A stretch of 64,000 nucleotides of DNA from Azolla caroliniana (taxonomy: Eukaryota > Plantae > Polypodiophyta), in the NCBI GenBank assembly GCA_043228905.1, contig JBHGNT010000007.1, forward strand, positions 7,874,001 to 7,938,000, in the 5' to 3' direction. A program made the translations under genes and the position numbers. The notes beneath the pieces are model-generated. The model worked only from the letters and a program-made list of their open reading frames with translations. It searched no databases and was not told where the DNA came from. Below, piece after piece: positions 39,073-49,059 of the stretch. Every line of letters begins with the position of its first letter. The stretch's first letter is position 1.

Positions 39073-41892
39073 ATGAGTGAAGATTCACCGTTCTCGATTG
39101 AAGAATATTGTTTGTCATCAGACCCATCGTTTTCTACTGAAGAATATTGTTTGTCATCAGACCCATCGTTTTCTACTGAAGAGTATTGTTTGTCAACAGA
39201 GTCACCATATTCGATTGAAGAATATTGTCTGTCGACCGACTCACCATATTCTATCGAAGAATATTGTCTGAGCTCATCTACAGGGAATGTAAATAATGAC
39301 ACATGTGAAGAGTTCTCTATTGAAGAATACGATATTAATAAAGATACCGAGAATCAAGGAAGTGCCCAGGAAACATTGAATAACATTGGCGATGGTCACA
39401 ACAGAGAATTAGACTGTCACAAGGTTACACCAACCTCTATGCAGGAAGAGAAATCTGGGAGCCCTATGCATATTAGAAGAATCCCACGAAGAATTCGTCT
39501 GGCTAGATTTAGCTTGGTGACATCAGATAAACAGATTGGATTTGATGTCAAAAAAATATGTTGTGCCCGTGGTTGTATGTCTATGATTGGAAAATCAAAG
39601 TTGCGAGAATTAAGGCGATACTATTTTTCGATGACCGGTGATGAGCAAGACACTTACCTCGGGTCACATATGCAACTAGTATCTGACAAATGTATGGGGA
39701 TCAAAGTATCATTCGAGTATTATATCTTCCATGCGCAACAGATATGTAGAGTTGCATTCAAAATTGTGTTATGTGTTAGTAACATGCGGCTACATAGAGT
39801 ACAACAACGTCTACTTAGCGGGGATCAGATGCTCAATTGTAAAGAGGTTCCAAGTATGAAAGGTGCAATTGGAAGACATGCTATTGGCTGGATGAAAACT
39901 TACTTTCAGTTAAATTGTGAAGTAATGCCCACTACAGGTAGGATGCATCTTTCTGATAATTATACACGTCGGGAAGTTTATGATGTCTATCGATCTGATA
40001 TGCTGGGCTCACGTAATAAGTCTATCACCTATAGCCAATTCACAAGATTATGGAGAGCTCGGTTTTCAAATGTTATTATTCCTCGTAAAGTATGTATGGG
40101 GTATTGCTCCATTTGTGCAAATCTTAAAAGTTTGGCTAAAGGTGCAAAGACATCAATGGAAAAGGATACGAGTAAGAAGTTACTACAAGAGCATCGTGAG
40201 GCACAATCCTTAGAACGAAGGAAGGCGATGCATCATAGAGAGAAGTGTTTGAAGAGGCCCGAACAATACATGTGCTTAATGATAGATGGCATGGACCAGA
40301 AGAAGACATGCTTGCCGCATATGCGGAGGCTCCCCAAAGATGTCAATGATGAGTGCCTTGTTCAAATGCACTTGGTGGGATGCTTGGCTTATAATAGGTC
40401 TGTTCGACCTCACGTCTTCATTACTTACCCCAATGTTCACAATGACCCTAACCTAACAGTTACAGTGATTCACCGAGTTTTGATGTCTTGGGGACAACCT
40501 TTCCCCCCTGTTCTATACATTCAATTGGACAATACTGCTAGAGAGAACAAAAATTCAACTGTATTTGGCTATCTAAGTATGTTGGTCAACCTAGAATTGT
40601 TTAGGAAAGTGAAAGTCAATTTCCTTTTGGTTGGCCACACACATGACCATATAGATCAGATGTTTAGCACATTCTCCAAACAGTTGTCTCGACATGATGC
40701 TTTCACTTTACCTAAACTATTTGATGTCATTTGTGATGCTTATACACCACGCCCAAAAGTGTTACACTTGAAGGAGGTATATGACTTTAAGAGATATATA
40801 TTAGATGGGGGTGGTGGGAATGTTAAAGTGCTTGCTCAGTTAAACAATATAAGTTTCAATCACATTTTTATGATAAAGAAAAATGGAATAAGTGGTTCTA
40901 CACTTTTGTATGCTAAACAATATTCATCTTCTACAACATGGGAACCTGAAGGTGGTTGCCAGTTATTACTTTGTATGCCGAGTACAATTGTCCATGGAGC
41001 TAAGCAAATGCCAATTGAGAAGAAAGGACAGTTGCAGAGCGACTTGGTATTAGAACAAAAACGGTCATGGCTCCAAGCCTTAGAAGAAAAAAGAAAGCAT
41101 ATTGAGGCCGCCAAGAAATATGCCGCACAACAAGACACGTCATGGTGGGATGTATTTTATAGTGATCAGAAAGAAATTATAGACAATTGTGTATCTGTTG
41201 ATAATTGGAATTTGGAAACGCCATTCACATGGTCACTACAACATGATCGCGTAAATAGAAGTCCGGAGCAACTAGTAAATGCGATTAATGACAGCTTGGT
41301 CCATCCACAACAAAGAGACATTTATGTGGGACCAAGGATGACCAAAGCAGCCGAAGCTAGATGGCAAGGAAATTTGCAAGAGCTCACCGCGGGGATGTTG
41401 ATTGCAACGCCGGCTGATGAGAACTCACATGGCCACCAATTTTGGGTTGGTAAAATTCTAGAAGTGCTAATGCATGAAATAGAAAACACGATCAAGTCTA
41501 TAAATGTTCATTGGTACAACACTAGAAGTGCAAATGCTTTTACAGGTAAGTATACATTGGAGATGATTGAATGCCAAACAAGAAGGGGAGGTAGGAAGAG
41601 GAAGCGAAACATTCGTAACACCTCGACCCTTGATATCTCTGATGTGGATATCATCGTGTACGACTTCACACTTACAAAAGCCGGACGATTAAGGAAGTCA
41701 ACAATAGATATAATAAAAGAAAAATTACTTGGTCTACAAGGTGGCTCGAGTCAAAGGCAAACGAGATCTGCTACATATAATCTAGAGTCAAACCATTTGG
41801 TTTATGACGAAGATAATGCATTGATTGGTACATCCGAGGATGATGAGGAGGAATCGTCATTGTATATTAGTTATAGTAGTGATTCTCCGTAA
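39073..41892 (+). CDS. 939-aa intronless DDD-type transposase, Sola1-like, with Cys-rich segments and a C-terminal Tudor/BAH-like segment
   Basis: Single uninterrupted ORF inside the TIRs; motifs CSIC...H...A, LMIDGMDQ, YIQLDNTARENKN, FLLVGHTHDHIDQMFS; C-terminal FWVGKILEV...INVHWY. Confidence 0.8.
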   Translation: MSEDSPFSIEEYCLSSDPSFSTEEYCLSSDPSFSTEEYCLSTESPYSIEEYCLSTDSPYSIEEYCLSSSTGNVNNDTCEEFSIEEYDINKDTENQGSAQETLNNIGDGHNRELDCHKVTPTSMQEEKSGSPMHIRRIPRRIRLARFSLVTSDKQIGFDVKKICCARGCMSMIGKSKLRELRRYYFSMTGDEQDTYLGSHMQLVSDKCMGIKVSFEYYIFHAQQICRVAFKIVLCVSNMRLHRVQQRLLSGDQMLNCKEVPSMKGAIGRHAIGWMKTYFQLNCEVMPTTGRMHLSDNYTRREVYDVYRSDMLGSRNKSITYSQFTRLWRARFSNVIIPRKVCMGYCSICANLKSLAKGAKTSMEKDTSKKLLQEHREAQSLERRKAMHHREKCLKRPEQYMCLMIDGMDQKKTCLPHMRRLPKDVNDECLVQMHLVGCLAYNRSVRPHVFITYPNVHNDPNLTVTVIHRVLMSWGQPFPPVLYIQLDNTARENKNSTVFGYLSMLVNLELFRKVKVNFLLVGHTHDHIDQMFSTFSKQLSRHDAFTLPKLFDVICDAYTPRPKVLHLKEVYDFKRYILDGGGGNVKVLAQLNNISFNHIFMIKKNGISGSTLLYAKQYSSSTTWEPEGGCQLLLCMPSTIVHGAKQMPIEKKGQLQSDLVLEQKRSWLQALEEKRKHIEAAKKYAAQQDTSWWDVFYSDQKEIIDNCVSVDNWNLETPFTWSLQHDRVNRSPEQLVNAINDSLVHPQQRDIYVGPRMTKAAEARWQGNLQELTAGMLIATPADENSHGHQFWVGKILEVLMHEIENTIKSINVHWYNTRSANAFTGKYTLEMIECQTRRGGRKRKRNIRNTSTLDISDVDIIVYDFTLTKAGRLRKSTIDIIKEKLLGLQGGSSQRQTRSATYNLESNHLVYDEDNALIGTSEDDEEESSLYISYSSDSP
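39082..39275 (+). repeat. 36-bp in-frame tandem repeat (DxP[F/Y]SxEEYCLS x5) at the transposase N-terminus
   Basis: Visible in DNA and translation; a sixth partial unit (FSIEEY) follows. Confidence 0.9.
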
Positions 41893-44800
41893 AGGAGTGA
41901 TCATGAATGTATATTTGGCTATTAAGTGTAACTACATTCCGCTTGTAACAAATCGAGTAATATAAAATCATGTGTTTTGAATTCTTATGATTTCTAAAAA
42001 ATCGTTTCTTATACAATAACATTGGTTGTAAAGTTTGTGATATAAATTGAGAATGTATCTTTTTGAAATTCGTCTTTTTTTAGTTACTTCTAAATCACGA
42101 AAATAGTGGATTTTTAACCTTTTTCATAGTATGTTTGAACATGTATGATACTGGTATCAATGTGTTTTGTAAAATCATTGAAAAACCCCTAAAATTTCCC
42201 TTATCCTTCCATTTATGCGCGATCCTTCCACTTGTGAACGCGAACGTGTTCGAAATGGAGAATATCTGCCCAGTCATCCTGATGATAGCTGAGAAAGCAC
42301 CGCAGATACTGCTCCAGCGTTTGATTGGTTCGTTCGGCTTGGCCGTCGGTTTGTGGGTGGTAGCCGGAGGAGAGGTTACAAGTGACCTTGAGCATGTTAA
42401 AAAGGTGCTTCCAGAATTTTGACACGAACTGGGGTCCACGGTCGCTGATGATACTATCGGGAAGTCCATGATGCCGACATACTTCACGCGTGACAATTTC
42501 GGCAGTGTCTTCACTGGAGATCTCCTTAGTACATGGCAAGAAATGAGCCATCTTCGTATATCGATCGACCACCGTTAGAATCGCATTGAACCCCTTAGAG
42601 ACTGGAAGATCTGTGATGAAGTCTAGAGCAATGGATTGCCACAGCTTGCTTGGAATTGGTAATGGTTCTAATAAACCATATGGATGATGCCTTGGCATTT
42701 TCGCTCTGCAACATGTATCACAAGTCCGAACAAAATCCTCGACAAATTGTCGCATACAGGGCCACCAGAATGATCGTTGTACTAAATGTAGTGTTTTAGT
42801 ACTACCAAAATGCCCAACTGTATATGTGTCATGACAGTTTTGTACTACTTGAAGGCGGCAAGAACCATTAGGAACATACAAAAGTTCTTTAAAGAAGAGT
42901 AATCCATCATGGTATTTGAATTGCCGATAGTCCGTACCTGGTGGTTGCGACTGTGAACACGACGCTCGAGAGGGATCAATTTGTGCTAGTATAGCTTGGG
43001 TGAACGCATCTGTCTTCAAGTCTTCGCGTATGGTATCGATAACGCGGGAATCCATGGGCATGTCAAAGATCTTTGTTGCTTGTAGTCGTGCCGGTCCCAA
43101 GATGACTTGTTTTTGGTTATCGAAAGCTGGCTCGCCGAGACGGGGTGCTAGATACGAACGCCGCGATAATGCATCTGACTTCCCTTGGTGCTTCCCCGAA
43201 CGATATGTAATTTTGAAGTCGAAACGCCTGAGGAAGTGGGCCCACCGAGCTTGACGTTGATTCAACACATGAGCATCCTGAAAGTAGGCAAGGTTCTTGT
43301 GGTCACTAAATACGGTGACCGGATGAGAGGATCCCTCCAGAAAATGCCTCCATTGCATAAAAGAATCCACTATTGCCAATAGCTCCTTATCATGAATTTC
43401 ATAGTTGATTTCGGCGGCGTCAAACTTGCGTGAGTGAAAAGCCACAGGATGTAGCTTCTCATCAATCCCCTGTTGTGACAGAATGCTCCCCAATGCAAAA
43501 TCCGATGCGTCAGCTTCGATAATAAATGGTTTTTCCGGATCGACATGAGCTAGAATTGGAGCCGATGTAAATGCCTTTTTAAGACTCTCGAAAGCCACGT
43601 CCATTTCTTCAGACCAAATGAACAGTTGTCCCTTCCTGGTAAGTTGTGTGAGAGGTAGAACGATCTTTGAGTAATCTTGTATGAACTTCTGGTAAAAATT
43701 GGCAAAGCCTAGGAAGCATTGCACATCCCGCACCGAACGTGGAGTCTGCCATTCTACCACCGTTTTGACCTTAGCTGGGTCCATGGAGATGCCTTCTGAC
43801 GAAATGATGTAGCCGAGAAATTCCACTTGGTTGCACCCGAAACTACATTTTTCCAGCTTTGCATACAGACCATGTTCTCGAAGTCGTTTTAGTACTAATA
43901 GTACATGAGAATCATGTTCTTCTTGGGTCTTTGAATAAACCAGTAGATCATCCAAATAGATGATCAAACAATCATCCAATAGATCTCAGAATATATCATT
44001 AGCCATGTGTTGGAAGACTGTCAATGCATTAGTGAGGCCGAACGACATGACCGTATACTCGAAGTGCCCATATCTGGTGCGAAACGCGGTCTTCCATTCA
44101 TCTCCTGGTCGGATCCGTACGAGGTTATATGCTCCCCGTAAGTCGATCTTCGTGAAGAACCTGGCACCATTGATCCGTTCTAAAAGACTTGAGATAAGGG
44201 GAAGAGCATACCTATTCCTGATTGTAACCTTATTCAGGCCACGGTAATCTACAACAAGACGAAGCGATCCATCCTTTTTCTTGACGAAGAAAATGGGCGC
44301 GCCGGCTGGAGATTTCGAATGCCGGATGAAACCATTTTCCAAATTCTCCTCTATATAGGCCCGAAGGACTTCCAACTCGGTTGGTGACAAATTGTAGATC
44401 GGTCCCCATGGCGGCTCTTTTCCCGGTTGTAAATCGATGGGGCAATCGTACGGTCGATGATGAGGAAGTGTGTTGGCTTGTACTTTATCGAACACATCGG
44501 CGTAATGACGATACTTCTCGGGAAGTTGAACGGTAGATCCTTCTTTAGTGATGCTGGAGGGGTTTACTGATATTGCAAAGAGGAACATTTCCTCCTTGTG
44601 CCCTTCTTTACGCAACTAACGTAGCGAAATGGTTGCCATCTTCTGAGTTGACCCTTGGGTTTGTCGACACCGGATTTCTCTTGTTCTCCAATCTATGTCT
44701 GGGTTATGTAACTCGAACCACGGTAATCCTAAAACTATGGGATGTTATGGGATACTAATAATATTAAATGATACTACACATGCTAAGTTATCTAGGACAA

Positions 44801-46639
44801 TATTAATGGGCTCTAACTCTTCTATGATATTTCCGGAAGCAATAGGACGTCCATCAATGACTACTACAGAGGCTGGACACTGGAGTTTTCTTAGGGATAT
44901 CTTATGAGCTTGAGCAAATTTCTTATCCATAAAGCAAGAGTTAGCTCCGGAATCTAGGAGTGCTAGGACATGTACTAGAGGGGTACTTTTAGTACTAACT
45001 ATTACTTGGGTTACGAACACATCACTAACTTGCTTAGAGGGAATGGAACCACTAATGGGCTGCACAGATCTAGGGCTGTCCAACCAAACGGCTCCTATTT
45101 TGGCTGGACTTAGTCGTTTAACTCTTCTTCTAACTGACTAAGGACATCAAATCTGTTTGCTAGATCTGGGCTATTAGTACTATTAGGACTATCAGATATC
45201 CCTAGTGAAATAGGCTCGGGTTTAGTACAATTAGAACTAGCGACTATTTGGTTTACCTGTCTTCTTGGCCTATGGGGGCAATTTATTGCAATATGTCTTG
45301 GTCCACTGCAGTAAAGACATAGTCGATTTGTACGGCGTCGCTGCTTTTCTTCTTCGGATAATGGCCCTCGACGACGTGTAGTGTCAATCTCCATCGGAGT
45401 CGGAGTATTCGCTGGAGGCGCATTATATGACTCCCTCGGAAAAGGTCTTGCTACCACTGAGGCATAGGTGGGTTCTGATCTTGCCCTCGGCATCTGTAGT
45501 TGTCGTTCCAAACGTCGCTCAAAGAGGCAGTTGTCACATCTCACCGCGCAACTGATTGCTTCTGTTAAGGACTTTGGCTCTTCGGGGAAGGTCAAGAGTA
45601 AATCCTTGACGTCGTTGCGTAAACCATAACGGAATTGCTCCATCAACGCTTGATCATCCCAAGGGATATCGGCGGCGAGTAGGCGAAAATCTGCAGCATA
45701 TGCGGAGGTTGGACGGTCACCTTGGCGTAATCGCCGAATTTTGTTGATTGCGGTCCTGATGCTGTCAGTATCTCTGAAACATGCTTTAAACTCACCTAGA
45801 AACTCTTCAAAATTGTTGAGTAACGAGGATTCCTTTTCTAATAGTGGAGCGAACCATGCCAACGCTGAGCCACTTAACAAAGTGCCTACTAAACCCACTC
45901 GTGATGCATCGGTGGGATACCGGGAAGGATGCATTTGAATAACTAATCGTACTTGGTTAAGGAACCCTCTAAACTGTGATCGCGTTCCATCGAACTTCGT
46001 GGGAAGGCCAATCTTGGGTTCTTTATGAATCCCTTGTGTTCCGGGCCCTTGTTGTTGCATCGCTACGATAGTTGCTTCGAGTTGTTGCACGCGTAACGCA
46101 AGTTCCCCATGTTGTTGTTGTGTTTGCTGCTTTTCTAAGGAGATTTGCTGAAGATCCCCCAGCAACCGTTGGTTTTCTTGTTCCAAAGCATGGAACTTCT
46201 CTTTCAAGCATTGAAATTCCGAGAAAACGGATTGATATTCTTCAGCGCTAACAGTGGCCATGGGATGAAAAAAAAGAGGAATAAGAGATTAGTAGGAAAT
46301 GAGAGAGACAGAAGGTAGGGAAATCGGTTCAAACTGTCAGGAACAGTACTAAGACAGAGAAGGAATTAGTACTAAAAGAAGTATTAGTACTAAGAGAGGT
46401 GAAGAACTCTCGAGAGAAGGAAAGAGTGAGTGAGAGGGAGGGAGAGAGAGATTGAGAGAGAGAGAGAGAGAGTGATGATAAGAAAAGATATATATTATGT
46501 GAAGAAAATGATCAGTAGATAGGAGGCTTAAGACTGGCGTTGAACCGATTTGGTTCGAAATAATGCCTTGTGCCTCCTTTTATAGTGTTCTAAGGAATAC
46601 TCCTGAAGTTTCTAGGACGTGCATCTGTTCGTGACGGCT

Positions 46640-47702
46640 TGCGAAAGCTGTCAGATGCACTCCACAATCCTACATTGGGACGGATTCACGAATTCGGATA
46701 TGTCGGTTGATGCGAATACCAGTCGGTCTACATCTGGATATGTCATGACTTATGCAGGGGGAGTTGTTTCATGGCAGTCAAGGTTGTAGAAGACGGTTGC
46801 ATTATCAACCACGGAGGCGGAGTACATGGCAGTTGTAGAAGCCAGCAAGGAGATAATTTGGATGAAGGACTTCATCAAAGAGCTAGGAATCCAACATGAG
46901 GAATACCGGCTCTACTACGACAGTCAAAAGTGCCATCCACCTTGCAAAGAACGTGGCCTACTATTCCCGGACGAAACATATCCAGCGGAGGTACCATTGG
47001 ATCCGGGAGAGAGTAGAAGATCAAGAGTTCGTGCTGACGAAGATCCACACGGAGGAGAACGGGTCGGCCATGCTGACCAAGGTCCTGACAACCGACAAGT
47101 TGGACGCGTGCTGAAAGCGGATCAAGCTGACAAGATATCCCATGCCGGAGTAAAGGGGAAGATTGTTGGGAAATCGGTCTCTCTGGATGGGATTCGGTGA
47201 TGAATAAAGAGGACCCGATGAGAACCGGAAGAGATCCAGAAACCGGAGGAGACCCGGTGAGAACCGGAACAGAAGACATATCTGTAAATATGTTCTGAGT
47301 AAGCCTATTGAGGCTATATTTCTAAATAGCCCTGAGTTCATATAAGTATAAATATGACTTAGGGCAATCACTTTGAAAAAACAAAAAGGTTGTTGTTATT
47401 GTCATATTGTTGTACAGAGAGCGACATAGAGAGAGAGAGAGTAGCTACGAGCACTCTCTGTTGTAACCGCCATCTGGCGAAGATCGCAAGCACGAGGTCA
47501 TTGCCTCTGTGCCTCCACTTTGTATTTCTTCTCTTCATAGTGATAGTTTGGAATCTGTGGGCTCCCATGGTTTTTCCCTATTAGGGTTTTCCACGTAAAC
47601 ATCTTGTGTTCACTCGTTAGTTCCCATTTCTGTGTTCTCCATTCTCATTGAAGTGTTCAAGACTCGGTTGTGGCCGAGCGATATTCCGCGCTATTCCTAA
47701 TA
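46640..47702 (+). mobile_element. 3' end of a Copia element (RNaseH, PPT, LTR 47164-47702), same family as 20597-21743
   Basis: SWQSR...ALSTTEAEYMA...HLAKNVAYYSRTKHI; purine tract before TGTTGG; LTR similar to 20597-21217 but diverged. Confidence 0.78.
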
Positions 47703-47715
47703 GTTGCCACCATCG

Positions 47716-48538
47716 TGTTGGGAGACAGGTCCCTCCGGATGGGAAGGGAGAAGAACAGTGCTGATGAACAAACTCGGCCGAGGCCGATAGGCCGAGGCCG
47801 AAACCGGATGAGGAGTACCCGGCTACAGAGAGCCGGATGGTGCAGACCCGGTGAGAACCGGATGAGGAGTACCCGGCTACGGAGAGCCGAATGGTGCAGA
47901 CCCGGTGAGAACCGGATGAGGAGTACCCGGCTACGGAGAGCCGGATGGTGCAAACCCGGTGAGAACCGGATGAGGAGTACCCGGCTACGGAGAGCAGGAT
48001 GGTGCAGACCCGGTGAGAACCGGATGAGAAGTACCTGGCTACGGAGAGCCGGATGGTGCAGACCCGGTGAGGAATGCTCACCGGATGAAGAGACATATTC
48101 ATAAATATGTTTCTGAGAGTCCATCGAGGCTATATTTGTAAATAGCCGGAAAGTCATATTAGTATAAATATGACTTAGGGCAAACTTTTAGTTGGTTGTT
48201 GTCATTCTTGTTGGTGTAATAACAGAGAGGAAGAGAGAAAGAGGTCGTTGCCTCTGTTGTAACCGCCGCCTATGGCGAGGATCGTGAGCACGAGGTCGTT
48301 GCCTCCGTGAACTCATTGTTGTACATTCTAACATAGAGATAGTTTGCAGCCTGTGGGTTGTCGTGGTTTTTCCCTTAGTTTGGGTTTTCCACGTAAACAT
48401 CCTGCGTACTCTTTTCTTCTTCGTGTCGTGCTTTATTTCCCGTTTTCTGTGTATGATTCTAAGCTCGGTTGTGGCCGAGCGTTGCGTATAGGGAGCGTGT
48501 AGTTCCCGTCAAGACATCGTGTGCATGATACTTCCTAC
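47716..48538 (+). mobile_element. Related solo LTR containing five 54-bp tandem repeats (47804-48075)
   Basis: Starts TGTTGG after CATCG; homologous to the neighbouring LTRs; unit ccggatgaggagtacccggctacggagagccggatggtgcagacccggtgagaa; right end approximate. Confidence 0.7.
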
Positions 48539-48543
48539 TATCG

Positions 48544-48960
48544 ATGCATAGGGTTCTTTCCATTAAGCTCTTTCTCCTTGTCCGTAGAAGGAGAGTCTTT
48601 GTCCGATACTCGGATCAACGTCGGAAGCAGTGTTGGTGTTGGCTTGGAATTTTCCATGTTGAAGCATCTCAGCACCTTTCGGATGTAGTCAGACTGGGAG
48701 AGTTGAAGAGTATTTGTCTTCCAATTTCACTCTATCCTCATGCTCAGTATATGTCAACCTTGTCCAAGTTCCTTCATCGCAAACTTGTCGTGAATGCTCC
48801 ACTTTAGCTTTCCGATTTCCGTTTGATTACTCTCTGCAATCAGCATGTGGTCGACATAAAGGATATGATAGATCAAAAGCCGATCGAAGTCTGAAGGGTA
48901 ATTTTTTCGGATGTGCCAACCCTTCACGAAGGCCCAACACACAACACAAGGTTGGCCTTA
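48544..48960 (-). mobile_element. Copia RT fragment
   Basis: ILYVDHMLIAESNQTEIGKLK...FAMKELG. Confidence 0.6.
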
Positions 48961-49059
48961 CGGGTAGCTGAAACCTCTAGCACCGACTCGGCTTTGGATC
49001 GTCCGACTTCGATACCCGATGCGACTAGTCCAGTCATACCTCGACAATCCGAAAGATTG

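Larger units (their letters stand above)
33053..42250. mobile_element. 9.2-kb TIR DNA transposon (Sola1-like) carrying a ParB-like/DNA methyltransferase cargo gene
   Basis: 36-bp TIRs AACACGTTCGCGTTCACAAGTGGAAGGAT(T/C)GCGCAT at 33053-33088 and 42215-42250 (1 mismatch); 4-bp TSD CGAA (33049-33052 and 42251-42254); removing it restores the host integrase frame. Confidence 0.93.
32101..46636 (-). mobile_element. Chromovirus (Tcn1-like) Gypsy element with chromodomain, split by the 33053-42250 transposon; 5' LTR 46335-~46636, truncated 3' LTR 32101-32335
   Basis: gag 46261-45110; protease ALLDSGA; RT YLDDLL; RNaseH; integrase ...DDWADILHF|AEFAYNN... rejoined across the insertion; chromodomain [35 protein letters not shown]. 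Confidence 0.92.

Noticed and set aside
39066-39302. Antisense repeat ORF
   Set aside because: Reverse translation of the transposase 36-bp repeat
33053-42250. Bacterial or phage contamination explaining the ParB-MTase gene
   Set aside because: The gene has five spliceosomal-type introns, sits within TIRs with a TSD inside a plant retrotransposon, and has a second diverged copy nearby
20597-47702. One intact Copia element with paired LTRs
   Set aside because: The LTRs are visibly diverged, the flanks (CTCAG versus GTTGC) give no TSD, and most of pol is missing
47617-48157. Repetitive ORFs of 144-166 aa
   Set aside because: By-products of the 54-bp LTR tandem repeat
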